Notes: generated from the letters alone by a model not told the origin. A DNA stretch of 64,000 nucleotides from an uncultured Desulfobacter sp. (GCA_963665095.1 OY762069.1:1888001-1952000), one strand, 5' to 3'. Shown: positions 40,541 through 50,835, counted from the stretch's first letter. A program made the numbers and translations.

Positions 40541-42034
40541 CTACCTGAAAACTTTACGCCCCTTGAAAAAAGCATCTGCACCTTTGGTCACACTTGCAGT
40601 CTGGCCGGTTTCATCCTGCAATCTGAAATCCGCCAGCACCATACCATTAAATTTGCCCTGACTGTATACTTCAATTCTAAAAATAAACCCGTCCTGGTCA
40701 ATGGAAAAGCGCTGCATACAGTCCTTCCGGGTAACCAAAACCCCGGATTCGTTTTCGATGTTCTGCTTTGAAAATCCGATTATATTTACCCTGTGCTCTG
40801 GTATAGGATGAACCAAAAACTGCTCCTTGACGGCTACCTTGGATCCAAACGGCACAAGGCAGCGCTTCGCGTCAATCTCCATCTCAATGTGGTCCAGTCC
40901 CAGATCATACTCAAAATACTGGGGACTGAGCCGGGAAAGGCAGCGGTTCCCATGATAAAGGCTGTAACCGGTTTTGTTATGTACCAGAGTTAAAAGAGGA
41001 TTGTTCACCAGAAACTTAAGTTCGGAATTCTTCTCCATTGGCAGATAGTTTATTCGGTTACGTATATTTTCCGCAAGCAACAGCACCCTATGCTCACCCA
41101 TGCTAAGAGCGATATCCTTATCAATAGCCGTTCTGATTCCGTCTTCAGTCAAAGTAAAATCACGTTCAAATAAAATCCCTGCCCGGCTTAAAAAGGATTC
41201 AATGGCCAGAAGATGGTAATATACCCTGCCCGGGGTTAAAAAGGACTTACTGGCTTCAATCCCAAAGGCAGGTTTATTGTTTTTCATCGCAAAAAAAGTC
41301 AGAGTTTTAGCCATTTCCACATCCCCTTCCGCCGTGTGGGTATTTTTAACTCCCATCTGATGGGATGGGGCCAGAAGATGCTTGTTCACAACAGCGGCAC
41401 ATGCACTTGCTGTCCCTGAAAGGTCATGAAACAGCCCACCATTTCCTCCGGGCATGGCTGACTGATCAATGATGATGCTCTGCCCCCAGCGGTCGGGATT
41501 TCTCAGACTGTTTTCACGCACCGGCGTATAAAATCCTGACCCATCATGAAGATTTAAAATGAAATCCACTTTGGGATCTGTAATCAAGGATTTGATTTTT
41601 AGAATAATCTGACGCTCGGGGTCTGTCTGGCTCACATGGTCAAACTTGCGGTTCATATCCCCGTGGACACCCCTGGATCTTTTAATGATACTTTCAAAAT
41701 TCAGGTTTGGCACCACAATAACCTGGCCGGACAAAATTCTGTAACGGGTGGCAATGAGAGCCGCAGCATTAAACCCGCCGGGCTCATCCCCCTGAATACC
41801 CCCTACAATTAATGCCGTTCTTCCAGGTTGACCGGAATCCATAGGATGTACAGTAAAATCAGGACCGAAACGGGCGGCCAATACAATACCGGGATACCAG
41901 CAGAAAGAAATCATTGCCACTGTCATCACAGTCGCTATATGCCTGATCTGCGACTTTTTGTACAAATTTTTGAGGGGTGCGGGCAATCCGCAACGCCCAA
42001 TGGGTTTGAGTGACATGTAACTAACTAAAAACAT
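40541..42034 (-). CDS. M99 family (Csd4/Pgp1-like) peptidoglycan DL-carboxypeptidase
   Basis: GIQGDEPGG (Gln at the Zn ligand position), DMNRKF, LHDGSGFY, WGQSIIIDQ and AFGIEASK motifs; N-terminal signal-like segment. The start is uncertain. Confidence 0.82.
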   Translation of the reverse strand: MFLVSYMSLKPIGRCGLPAPLKNLYKKSQIRHIATVMTVAMISFCWYPGIVLAARFGPDFTVHPMDSGQPGRTALIVGGIQGDEPGGFNAAALIATRYRILSGQVIVVPNLNFESIIKRSRGVHGDMNRKFDHVSQTDPERQIILKIKSLITDPKVDFILNLHDGSGFYTPVRENSLRNPDRWGQSIIIDQSAMPGGNGGLFHDLSGTASACAAVVNKHLLAPSHQMGVKNTHTAEGDVEMAKTLTFFAMKNNKPAFGIEASKSFLTPGRVYYHLLAIESFLSRAGILFERDFTLTEDGIRTAIDKDIALSMGEHRVLLLAENIRNRINYLPMEKNSELKFLVNNPLLTLVHNKTGYSLYHGNRCLSRLSPQYFEYDLGLDHIEMEIDAKRCLVPFGSKVAVKEQFLVHPIPEHRVNIIGFSKQNIENESGVLVTRKDCMQRFSIDQDGFIFRIEVYSQGKFNGMVLADFRLQDETGQTASVTKGADAFFKGRKVFR

Positions 42035-42120
42035 TACCAGTCAGGTAATTTCCTTTTGATCCGGTTTATTTATCAGTACACATTATCAGATAGCAGACAA
42101 AATGCAAACAGTACAAAACT

Positions 42121-42175
42121 GGTAATGTGGTAAAATTTTTTACCGCATATTTAGGAATTTTTTTACCACATTACC
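42121..42175. promoter_or_regulatory. Inverted-repeat enhancer (candidate bEBP binding sites)
   Basis: Perfect 15-bp IR GGTAATGTGGTAAAA / TTTTACCACATTACC plus the inner palindrome TGTGGTAAAATTTTTTACCGCA, 90-145 bp upstream of a sigma54 site. Confidence 0.65.
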
Positions 42176-42266
42176 TGCTTTTATTTTCACAAATTTTTAG
42201 ATACTTTTTTACATACTTATCATCAATAACTTCTCAACATATTGTTCACAAAGGTTTTTTCCTTTG

Positions 42267-42282
42267 TGGCACTCAGTTTGCA
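42267..42282 (+). promoter_or_regulatory. Sigma54 promoter
   Basis: TGGCACTCAGTTTGCA matches TGGCAC-N5-TTGCA. Confidence 0.78.
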
Positions 42283-42393
42283 ATAAAGAAAACTGTACCT
42301 CAAAGAAGTCTTCAAAGAAAAATGATAGGTTATTCGGCTTTACCTTAAACCCTGGTGAAGTGAACTGATTACATAAATATGTTGGAGAAAAAC

Positions 42394-42567
42394 ATGAAGA
42401 TTCTTACCTGCCTGATCCTCGTAGCCGTTTCAACCTTGTCTTCAATGGTTGCCTTTGTTGACGTTATTTCTTTCAACCACACCGAGTCCGCACCAATTAT
42501 CATGCTTCTTTTGGGCTTAACCCTGATCGGTATTGCAGGAACGGTAAAACGCCGGGTCTACGAATAA
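42394..42567 (+). CDS. 57-aa two-hydrophobic-segment peptide with a PEP-CTERM-like C-terminus
   Basis: RBS GGAG; signal-like N-terminus; C-terminal TESAPIIMLLLGLTLIGIAGTVKRR; lies downstream of the sigma54 promoter. Confidence 0.65.
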   Translation: MKILTCLILVAVSTLSSMVAFVDVISFNHTESAPIIMLLLGLTLIGIAGTVKRRVYE

Positions 42568-43055
42568 TCCCCCATGTAATCAATGAGCATACCCGTAGTC
42601 TGACGCAGACGCTGGCTGATGAGTTTGGAAATTTTCCACATCAGTTGAACCCCTAATCTCGGATCATCCTCTGTCAGTCGGACCAGGTTATCCTGGGTCA
42701 TGAAAAATATCACGGTCTCTTTTACGGCGATCCCCGAAGCAGACCGGGGTTCGCCATCTATCAGAGCCATTTCGCCAAACGTCTGGGAGCTGGTCAGGGT
42801 CGCCACCCGCGTGTTCTCCTTAATAATGTCAATGGCCCCCTTGACGATAATACCAAGACTTTTATCCGTATCACCTTCCTTGAAAACAATGGCACCGGGT
42901 TTGGCCATCACAGGCTCAATATAAAGACAGATTTTTTTGATATGATCCAGGGAAAACTCCCTGGCCCATTTCGTCTTCTGAAGCACCTGGGTATATCTGG
43001 CGTATTTTTCAAGTGACGGGCCTGCACCTGAGGTCTGCCTGGTATTGGATTTCAT
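42558..43055 (-). CDS. Stand-alone cyclic nucleotide-binding domain protein
   Basis: FKEGD and FGEMALIDGEPRSA motifs; no HTH. Start at ATG 43055. Confidence 0.85.
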   Translation of the reverse strand: MKSNTRQTSGAGPSLEKYARYTQVLQKTKWAREFSLDHIKKICLYIEPVMAKPGAIVFKEGDTDKSLGIIVKGAIDIIKENTRVATLTSSQTFGEMALIDGEPRSASGIAVKETVIFFMTQDNLVRLTEDDPRLGVQLMWKISKLISQRLRQTTGMLIDYMGDYS

Positions 43056-43149
43056 GATTTTTCCGTTTTTTAAGGATTGATATACTGAAGTTACCCCGAA
43101 ATCCATACTAAAGATTTGACAGACGCATGTCAACAAACCCGATTGGTCT

Positions 43150-43311
43150 TTACTCTTTTATTATGAATTCATCCAGTTTGGCAAAAAGCGAGTCAGGCCA
43201 TTGCTCTGCGGTTAAGAACAGCTCTTTCTCCTCCGGCGTAAGGCTCTCCCTGATAATAGGGGGCAGACTGTCATACGCCTCCTGCCTTTCCCTGGTTGTT
43301 TTTTTATCCAT
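43150..43311 (-). CDS. 53-aa hypothetical protein absent from the ORF track
   Basis: MDKKTTRERQEAYDSLPPIIRESLTPEEKELFLTAEQWPDSLFAKLDEFIIKE; RBS GGAG; co-oriented between rsmE and the cNMP gene. Confidence 0.7.
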   Translation of the reverse strand: MDKKTTRERQEAYDSLPPIIRESLTPEEKELFLTAEQWPDSLFAKLDEFIIKE

Positions 43312-43345
43312 TTTTCATTCTCCGTTTTATATTTAACTTGCTGCC

Positions 43346-44056
43346 TTAAGTAAAAAGCCGGGCTACCAGAGCGGTTACGGCCGTTTCCACCCTTAAAATC
43401 CGCGGTCCTATAGTGACCGGTTCAAACCCAGCCTGCACAAGGGTTGACACTTCAAGATCAATAAACCCCCCTTCCGGACCAATCACAAGGACAGTGCCGG
43501 TATTCAGTCCTGCCGGGCAAGGGGTACAGGCTTTAGGATGGGCAAGTATTCTTCTTTTTCCTTTACCGATATCCGGCAGTTCTTCTTTCACAAAGGGCGA
43601 AAAAAAGCGTTTAAGGTGTACCCGGGGCATCAGGGTGTCCCTGGCCTGGATCAATCCGAGTTCCAGGTGACGGGCCATATCGCGGTCATTGAGCAGGCCT
43701 GACTCCCAGAAACTTTTCTCCACCCGCCGGGAGTTAACCAGATAAATATCTTTAACACCCAGGCTTGCAAGACTTTGAAGTATCCGCTTCAGCATTTTGG
43801 GCCTGGGCAGTGCCAGGACGAGGTCTAAGGGGAGCGGATCAGGCGGATCTTCATCCAGGCAGACCTGCATGTCCAGCTGCCGATGGTCCATACGGACAAT
43901 GGTGCCTGTGCCCATTTTAGCGTTTATCAGGCCGCAGGCAAGGGTGTCTCCCGGTTTTGCACACAAAACCCTGGAAATATGGATCAGCCGCTCGTCTGTC
44001 AGGCGAACGACATCATTCCTGATAAAATCCTGTTCTGTGAGTAAAATCAGATTCAT
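43346..44056 (-). CDS. rsmE: 16S rRNA m3U1498 methyltransferase
   Basis: H...VL, IGPEGGF and GPRILRVETA SPOUT motifs. Confidence 0.92.
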   Translation of the reverse strand: MNLILLTEQDFIRNDVVRLTDERLIHISRVLCAKPGDTLACGLINAKMGTGTIVRMDHRQLDMQVCLDEDPPDPLPLDLVLALPRPKMLKRILQSLASLGVKDIYLVNSRRVEKSFWESGLLNDRDMARHLELGLIQARDTLMPRVHLKRFFSPFVKEELPDIGKGKRRILAHPKACTPCPAGLNTGTVLVIGPEGGFIDLEVSTLVQAGFEPVTIGPRILRVETAVTALVARLFT

Positions 44057-44057
44057 G

Positions 44058-47000
44058 TCAAAACGTGACAATCTCCCGCTCTTTTATCAGTTCCTTAAAC
44101 TGTTTCACCCAGTGCGGTCCTGCGGTCATTTGAGCCAGTTCAACTGCCATATGTGCCGCTGACACACTGCCCTGCCGCCCAAGACCCTGGACGCAGGAAG
44201 GACAGTTGGTCAATATCCTGGGGTGCGGCACACCCAGCATCTGGGCCTGTTGTTCAATGGCGCTTCGTTTGCGTAAAAACATATTATAGCTGATATCCGG
44301 CCGGCTCAGGGCCATGGTGCCGGCCTCGGAGCAGCAATAGGGCACCAAATGGGCCTCAATGCCGGCTTTAGCAAGCTTTGAGACAGCTGCAGCCTTGAGA
44401 CTGTCATGACAGGGGGCATGGTATAAAAAGGGCGTGGTTTCCGACACAGTAAGGCCCTGTTCAAACAAAAACTCTGAAATATCAAAGAGCCCTGTATCAA
44501 ACAGCTCTTTGACACCCAGATTTTCCAAAGATTCCATACAGGTGCCGCAGGAGACAATGCAGCCTGAAAAATTCAAGTCATTGAACATATCCCGGATCTG
44601 GGTCATGATAATGGTGTTTTCAAGGGTAACTTTTTCGAACTCTTTTGTCCGGGCATTGACCATTAAGGGATACCCGCAGCACATGTACGGCGGCGGCAGC
44701 ACCACCTGGTGCCCCTGGGATAACAACAGGAATACCGAGGCCATGGAAATCTTTGAAAACATGCGTTCGCTGCCGCACCCCGGGAAATAAAATACCGTGG
44801 AAACAGCCGTACCAGACGGATTCAGCACCATTGCCTGGTTCCTGTCGGCATGGGGCAGATAGCCTCGGAGAGTGGTCAGGCCCGGCTGGGATACCGGAGA
44901 ATGCAGCAGCTGCACAGGCCGGGTTTCTTTGAGACGCGGAACCATACTTAAGGGTTTTGCCAGCTTGACAGCAGCACGCTGAACGGTGCTGCCTGCAGCC
45001 AGAAGTCCGGTGCGCAAAACCGGATTCAGGGCCTGGTTTCGGCTGCCCAGATACCCTAAAGTCATCAGGGTGGATAACGGCGTCTGTTTGAAATTCATTT
45101 TTTTTAAAATTTCGCGCTCCCTGATAGATATAACACCGGTATCAATGTTAACCGGACACTTATCCAGGCATTTGTGGCAGACAGTGCAATGGTCTGCAAT
45201 CTGCTCTATGTTTTTAAGTACTTTAAACTTTGTGGACTGTGTCCGCTGGGTAATATAGAGAAGGGCCTCAATCAGGGCGCCCAGCGCCAGGTTCTTGTTT
45301 CTGGGGTGGAAAAACATATTCCTGGCCGGATAAAATACAGGACACAGAGGCTTGCATTTACCACATCGTACACAATTTGAAATATTGCCGGCCAGCTCAG
45401 ATAAAGAGCCGTATTTGAGAATCTGGGCCTCCAGCTCCAGCAGGTTAAAAGAGGGGGTAAACACCTTGGAGATGATGTCAGGCTCTGACAGTTTACCCGG
45501 ATTCATTATGCCCTGCGGGTCTATTTTATTCCTGTAAGCATCAAAAACAGTTACCTGATCCGTATCCAGATATTTGAACTTGGTGATGCCGATACCGTGC
45601 TCCCCGGATACCACGCCATCCAGTTCAACTGCCTTGGCCATCACTTTGTCAGCCGTCATGTGTGCCCTTGCCATCATCTCCTTGTCATTGGAGAGTACCG
45701 GGATATTGACATGGACATTGCCGTCGCCTGCGTGCATGTGGGTGGCAATAACGATGAGGCGGCTGGATGTCTCCTTGTATATCCGCTCCACATTGGAGAG
45801 AACCAGGCTGTAACCGCGCAGAAGTTCTGTCACCTGACTGTAAAAATTCTTGGAGTGAATGGAGGCTTCCAGCGCATCCCGAGAGGCGATGTCCAGTTTT
45901 TTGCGTATTGCAAAGGCCAGATCCTTGATCCGGCCGACCTTTTTCCCAAGCCACTGGGGATCAGCCAGGGGGATGGCAGTATCCAGGTAAGCAACAACCT
46001 TGTGGATAATCCGGGTCTGGTTGTATTTTTTCTCCTCCAGATTGGTCTTGTCCACAAATCGGACAAAATCAGCCAGGCTGTCAATGGGCAGGACAATATC
46101 TTCGTTAAGCTTGAATGCATTGGTGTGGGCGGCAATGGCACCGAGGCGTTTCCTGTCCTCCCAGAACCGGGCCGCTTCCACACGGTCCCGGGCAATGGTG
46201 AATCCGGTTTTATCATAGGGTTCAAGAATCTTTTCCAGCTCTGCCATACCGGTGTTCAGCACGCCTTCATCATCACAGACCATATCAATGAGCAGAACAG
46301 CCTTTAGCCGGTCGCCCACTGGCCGCTTGGTTTTGTAGCGGATGGCCTTGATATATTCCTCGTCAAAATGCTCCAGGGCCATAAGTGCCGGATCACTGTT
46401 GTCAAAGCGGCTGCAGATTTCCGTGATCACCCGGCCCGCCTCGGTCATATCATTGCCGAAAAATTCAATGCAGCAGGTGGCCTTGTGTGCAAACTGGGGA
46501 TAAAGGATAAACTCTGCCCAGGTAATAATGCCGTCACACCCCTCTTTCTGCAGCCCGGGCAGTCCTTTCAGGGTTTTGTTGGTCACATCCTTACCCAGTC
46601 CCTGTTTGCGGATATCTGCCCCGGTCAGTTCAATGGTGTCACGCACCTGGCCGTTCGTATCGCTGACCTCAAAAATCAGGGAATCTTCATACCTGATTTT
46701 ATGCAGGGGGTGATCCTTGCGCGTCACCTTATATACCTGGCCGTCAGGCATGGTGATCCGCCAGGCCAGAACATTGTCAATGGCCGTACCGTAGAGCACA
46801 GCAGTTTTACCACCGGCATTTTCAGCCAGATTGCCGCCAATGGTGCAGGCCCAGGCAGAGGTGGGGTCAGTGGCGAAAATAAAACCGGCTGCCGCCGCCG
46901 CATCCTTGGCATCCTGGGTAATGACGCCGGCCTGCAGAGGCATCACCGCATAGTTCCGGCCGTCCCGGGTGGTGCGCTGCTCAATGGGAAAAATGGTGTT

Positions 47001-47654
47001 AAGTTTTTCCGTATTGATCATGACGCAGTCAGGGGAAAGAGGTGTGGCCCCGCCAGTCAGTCCGGTACCTGCGCCCCGTGGAATAATTTTAAACCCCAGC
47101 TTTTTGATCTTTTTAACCAGCGCTGGAATCTGTTCCTCCTGGTCCGGCCGCAATACCGCCACAGGAACAAATCGTCTCCAGTCCGTGGCATCCGTGACAT
47201 GGGAGGTGATGTTAAAAGGATCAAAACAAATATTGGCGCTACCGATGACAGGAGCCAGCTGCCGCTGCACTTTTGCCTGCTCGGCAGCCAGTGTCTGGAT
47301 CTGCTGTTTGAGGTGTTTAAGCTCCCTGCGACAGACATCAAGCACCTGCCTGACCTGGTCATGGGTGGCATGCGCGTCAATGATTAAAAGATCATTTTCA
47401 AATTCAGCAAGCAGACGCCGGCGCAGTATGGGATGTTCCACCAGTTCCTGAAACAGAAACGCATTCCTGCGGATGATGAAAAGATCCCCCATGAACCGGT
47501 GAAGCAGGCGTGATGAGCGCCCCGTATCCTTAAGCTGTTCCAGTGTGCGGATGGTGTTTAAAATATCTGCGCCGAACAGATGCACAATGATCTGGCCGTC
47601 ATCAGCAGAGGTATAATTATATGGTATTTTTCTGTCTGGGTCTTTCATTTGCAT
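44058..47654 (-). CDS. Large FAD-linked oxidoreductase with Fe-S and CCG domains (GlcD/GlcF-like fusion, DUF3683 type)
   Basis: IPYNYTS, PRGAGTGLTGG, TIGGNLAENAGG, HAGDGNVH, SGEHGIG, two CxxCxxC...CP motifs, and CCG motifs. Confidence 0.88.
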   Translation of the reverse strand: MQMKDPDRKIPYNYTSADDGQIIVHLFGADILNTIRTLEQLKDTGRSSRLLHRFMGDLFIIRRNAFLFQELVEHPILRRRLLAEFENDLLIIDAHATHDQVRQVLDVCRRELKHLKQQIQTLAAEQAKVQRQLAPVIGSANICFDPFNITSHVTDATDWRRFVPVAVLRPDQEEQIPALVKKIKKLGFKIIPRGAGTGLTGGATPLSPDCVMINTEKLNTIFPIEQRTTRDGRNYAVMPLQAGVITQDAKDAAAAAGFIFATDPTSAWACTIGGNLAENAGGKTAVLYGTAIDNVLAWRITMPDGQVYKVTRKDHPLHKIRYEDSLIFEVSDTNGQVRDTIELTGADIRKQGLGKDVTNKTLKGLPGLQKEGCDGIITWAEFILYPQFAHKATCCIEFFGNDMTEAGRVITEICSRFDNSDPALMALEHFDEEYIKAIRYKTKRPVGDRLKAVLLIDMVCDDEGVLNTGMAELEKILEPYDKTGFTIARDRVEAARFWEDRKRLGAIAAHTNAFKLNEDIVLPIDSLADFVRFVDKTNLEEKKYNQTRIIHKVVAYLDTAIPLADPQWLGKKVGRIKDLAFAIRKKLDIASRDALEASIHSKNFYSQVTELLRGYSLVLSNVERIYKETSSRLIVIATHMHAGDGNVHVNIPVLSNDKEMMARAHMTADKVMAKAVELDGVVSGEHGIGITKFKYLDTDQVTVFDAYRNKIDPQGIMNPGKLSEPDIISKVFTPSFNLLELEAQILKYGSLSELAGNISNCVRCGKCKPLCPVFYPARNMFFHPRNKNLALGALIEALLYITQRTQSTKFKVLKNIEQIADHCTVCHKCLDKCPVNIDTGVISIREREILKKMNFKQTPLSTLMTLGYLGSRNQALNPVLRTGLLAAGSTVQRAAVKLAKPLSMVPRLKETRPVQLLHSPVSQPGLTTLRGYLPHADRNQAMVLNPSGTAVSTVFYFPGCGSERMFSKISMASVFLLLSQGHQVVLPPPYMCCGYPLMVNARTKEFEKVTLENTIIMTQIRDMFNDLNFSGCIVSCGTCMESLENLGVKELFDTGLFDISEFLFEQGLTVSETTPFLYHAPCHDSLKAAAVSKLAKAGIEAHLVPYCCSEAGTMALSRPDISYNMFLRKRSAIEQQAQMLGVPHPRILTNCPSCVQGLGRQGSVSAAHMAVELAQMTAGPHWVKQFKELIKEREIVTF

Positions 47655-47664
47655 TCAACAACCA

Positions 47665-49281
47665 TTACCCGTTGTGCTCGGTTGTTTTAAGAAATTGAAT
47701 CTGAGGCCACTCCTCCATGGTAAACCCAAGCTGATATTCGCTGGTGGTCAGATAGGTCAGGCGGCCTTCAGCATCCCGGGTCAGGCTGGACTCGTTTTTC
47801 CGGGTAAACTCCTTAAGAGTAGACTCATCGTCACATGCGATCCACCGGGCCACGGAAAGATCAATGGGTTCATACCCGGCATTAACATTGTACTCGGCCT
47901 TGAGACGGGCCATGGTCACATCAAACTGGAGGACACCCACCGCACCAATGATATGCATGGTCCCGTTCAGCGGCCTGAACACCTGGATGGTACCCTCCTC
48001 TGCCAGCTGGGTCAGCCCCTTGGTCAGTGATTTGGCTTTCATGGGATCTTTCAGCAGTACCCGCCGGAAATGTTCCGGGGCAAAATTGGGAATGCCCAAA
48101 AATTTGAGCGGCTCCTTGGTGGTAAAGGTGTCCCCGATCTTAATGGTACCATGGTTGTGGATACCAATGATGTCTCCGGGATATGCCTCCTCCACGTTGG
48201 ACCGTTCCTGGGCCATGAAAATGGTGGCATTGGCAATTTTGATGTCCTTGCCGATGCGGTGGTGGCGCACCTTCATCCCCTTGGTGAATTTGCCGGAACA
48301 AATTCTGAAAAAGGCAATCCTGTCCCGGTGTTCAGGGTCCATATTGGCCTGGATCTTAAAGGTAAATCCTGAAAAAGCATCTTCCGCGGGATCCACATCC
48401 CGACTGGCAGATGCCCGTACCCCGGGACACGGTGCAATCCTGACAAAGGCATCCAGCATCTCCCGGACCCCGAAATTATTGATGGCAGACCCGAAAAAAA
48501 CCGGCGTCTGGGTACCGTTCATATACAGATCCAGGTCAAAGGGTTCAGCCGCCACAGATATCAGTTCCACATCTTCCCGCAGCTGATCTGCCCTGGAACT
48601 GCCGATCATTTCATCAAGCAGGGGATCGGCAAGGTCCTCAATCAGGACGCCGTCATCATCTTTAGGGGTATATCCGGCAGAAAACAGTCCGAGCTGTTGT
48701 TTCTCAAGATCATACACCCCTTTAAACCGCTTACCCATGCCAATGGGCCAGGTCAGAGGCACGCATTCAATCTGAAGTTTATCCTCTATGTCCTGAAAAA
48801 GATCCAGGGGATCCATGCCCTCACGGTCCAGTTTGTTAATAAACGTAATGATAGGCGTGTTGCGCATCCGGCACACCTCCATCAATTTCTGGGTCTGGGG
48901 CTCCACCCCTTTGGCCGAGTCAATGATCATAATGGCACTGTCAACAGCCGTAAGCACCCGATAGGTATCTTCACTGAAATCTTTATGCCCCGGTGTATCC
49001 AGCAGATTAATCTCATAATCCTTATAGTTGAACTTCATCACAGAGGAAGATACAGAGATACCTCTCTCCTGTTCGATGGAGAGAAAATCCGAGGTGGCGG
49101 CCCTGGCGGCTTTCCTGGATTTCACGGCACCAGCCTGCTGGATGGCCCCGCCGAACAGGAGTAGCTTTTCGGTCAACGTGGTCTTCCCGGCATCCGGATG
49201 GCTGATAATACCAAAGGTTCTTCGTTTTTTGATCTCTGCCAGAAGCTTTTTATCTAATTTATTTTCTATGGGTGTATCCAT
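47665..49281 (-). CDS. prfC: Peptide chain release factor 3
   Basis: [42 protein letters not shown] and [13 protein letters not shown] motifs. Confidence 0.98.
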   Translation of the reverse strand: MDTPIENKLDKKLLAEIKKRRTFGIISHPDAGKTTLTEKLLLFGGAIQQAGAVKSRKAARAATSDFLSIEQERGISVSSSVMKFNYKDYEINLLDTPGHKDFSEDTYRVLTAVDSAIMIIDSAKGVEPQTQKLMEVCRMRNTPIITFINKLDREGMDPLDLFQDIEDKLQIECVPLTWPIGMGKRFKGVYDLEKQQLGLFSAGYTPKDDDGVLIEDLADPLLDEMIGSSRADQLREDVELISVAAEPFDLDLYMNGTQTPVFFGSAINNFGVREMLDAFVRIAPCPGVRASASRDVDPAEDAFSGFTFKIQANMDPEHRDRIAFFRICSGKFTKGMKVRHHRIGKDIKIANATIFMAQERSNVEEAYPGDIIGIHNHGTIKIGDTFTTKEPLKFLGIPNFAPEHFRRVLLKDPMKAKSLTKGLTQLAEEGTIQVFRPLNGTMHIIGAVGVLQFDVTMARLKAEYNVNAGYEPIDLSVARWIACDDESTLKEFTRKNESSLTRDAEGRLTYLTTSEYQLGFTMEEWPQIQFLKTTEHNG

Positions 49282-49456
49282 TCAACATCTCTTTTCAAAA
49301 CAGGTATATTTCAGGCAAGGGCCTTAAAATACAAAAAAATTAAGAGAGGAAATTTACCAGTATTTTTAAGGGGAATCAAGCTTTTTAAAATGTCGTTCAC
49401 CAATATATTTGACTTCAAGCCGGACCGACTATATAAAAACCTAAGGAGGCTCAAAT

Positions 49457-50113
49457 ATGCATGAAATATGGATTATTATTGCGGCATTCATTCTTCTGGC
49501 AGGGTTGCTGATCTCTGAAAAAAAAGAGAGCCTGAAAGGCATTTTATCCACCAAACCCTTTCTTTCCGCGCTATTTATTTTAGTGGCTCTGATTCAGCCC
49601 CATTTTCATTTATCATATTATCACCTGATCCTATGCGGCCTGATTTTCTGTTTTATCGGAGACATCTGCCTGGCCTTTTTCTTTCACCGATTGGTGTTTA
49701 CTCTGGGGCTGGCTGCTTTTTTAATCGGGCATCTGTTTTACACAGCCGCCTTTTTTGTTTCAGCCGGCACCACTGCCGGCACCTGGATATCTTTTGCGGC
49801 GATCACGCCTTTATCCGGGATTGTGTTTATGAAACTTCGCCCCCACCTGGGCAGTATGAAAGGCCCGGTGATCGCCTATATCGTCATAATTTCTTTCATG
49901 GTTATCGGTGCCGGATCTCTGAGTTTTTGCCGGGAATTCAGCCTATCTGATCGGTTGCTGGTACTTCTGGGTGCCGTGTTGTTTTATATCTCGGATCTTT
50001 TTGTGGCACGCCACCGTTTTGTTAAAAAAACTATCATCAACAGGTATGCAGGGTTACCCATGTACAACGCAGCCCAGTTCATGCTGGCCTTCTCAGTGGG
50101 GCTGACAGGATAG
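49457..50113 (+). CDS. YhhN / lysoplasmalogenase family membrane protein
   Basis: TKP, GD, GL.AFLIGH.FY, F.ISD and Y..AQ motifs. Confidence 0.85.
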   Translation: MHEIWIIIAAFILLAGLLISEKKESLKGILSTKPFLSALFILVALIQPHFHLSYYHLILCGLIFCFIGDICLAFFFHRLVFTLGLAAFLIGHLFYTAAFFVSAGTTAGTWISFAAITPLSGIVFMKLRPHLGSMKGPVIAYIVIISFMVIGAGSLSFCREFSLSDRLLVLLGAVLFYISDLFVARHRFVKKTIINRYAGLPMYNAAQFMLAFSVGLTG

Positions 50114-50355
50114 TCTATTCATCTCCTTCAGGTCTTTAAAAATTGAATGATGCACATCCGTCTTGTCGCGAATGACGCCAATACGATACTTTCATTTCAT
50201 TTTTTATTCATAACATCTTAATTTTAAGAGTATTTTCCTAATAAATCATTGCTATTTCATAGAATAAAAATTAGAAAGAGCGTGGAAGTGTTAGAATCCT
50301 ATTAGCGCTTCCTATAAATGACGCAAAACTTAATCTTATCGGGAACAGGAGGACT

Positions 50356-50814
50356 ATGCGCTATCCGGTTGTCGCAGCAGCAATTACTGGTTTGCTCTTT
50401 TCAATATCGTTACCGGTTCTTGCCCAGGAAAAAAAGTTTGTGGGGATGGATGCCTGTATGGACTGCCATCAGGAGCAATATGACAATTTTATGACATACT
50501 CTAAAAAGGCGCACTCTTTCATGAATATAAAAAAAATGGAAAAACGCGTGACGCCTGATGAATATAAAGAGTGCTTCCAGTGCCACACCACCGGCTACGG
50601 AGCACCAGGCGGATTCATATCAGAAAGCCAGACCCCGGATCTAAAAAATCCGGGCTGCGAGGTCTGCCACGGACCGGGCAGCCTTCATATTGAATCCGAG
50701 GATCCAGACGATATTATCACTGAGATATCCATGGATGACTGCATGGTGTGCCATAGTAAAGACCGTATAGATGCCTTTGAATTCAAGCCATTATTGTTCA
50801 GCGGTGCCCATTAA
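50356..50814 (+). CDS. Periplasmic tetraheme c-type cytochrome (c554-like)
   Basis: Signal peptide; four CxxCH motifs (CMDCH, CFQCH, CEVCH, CMVCH); HTTGY and HGPGS motifs. Confidence 0.9.
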   Translation: MRYPVVAAAITGLLFSISLPVLAQEKKFVGMDACMDCHQEQYDNFMTYSKKAHSFMNIKKMEKRVTPDEYKECFQCHTTGYGAPGGFISESQTPDLKNPGCEVCHGPGSLHIESEDPDDIITEISMDDCMVCHSKDRIDAFEFKPLLFSGAH

Positions 50815-50835
50815 ATCTTGGTGGAGGATGCCATA

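Noticed and set aside
46368..47387. Long antisense ORFs (339 aa here; also 1825-2568, 47864-48586, 53595-54461 and others)
   Set aside because: They are shadows of well-supported genes on the opposite strand and carry no recognisable motifs.
50300..50345. GACGCAAAAC resembling a c-di-GMP-I riboswitch before the cytochrome gene
   Set aside because: The upstream stem with a GNRA tetraloop and the second stem are missing.
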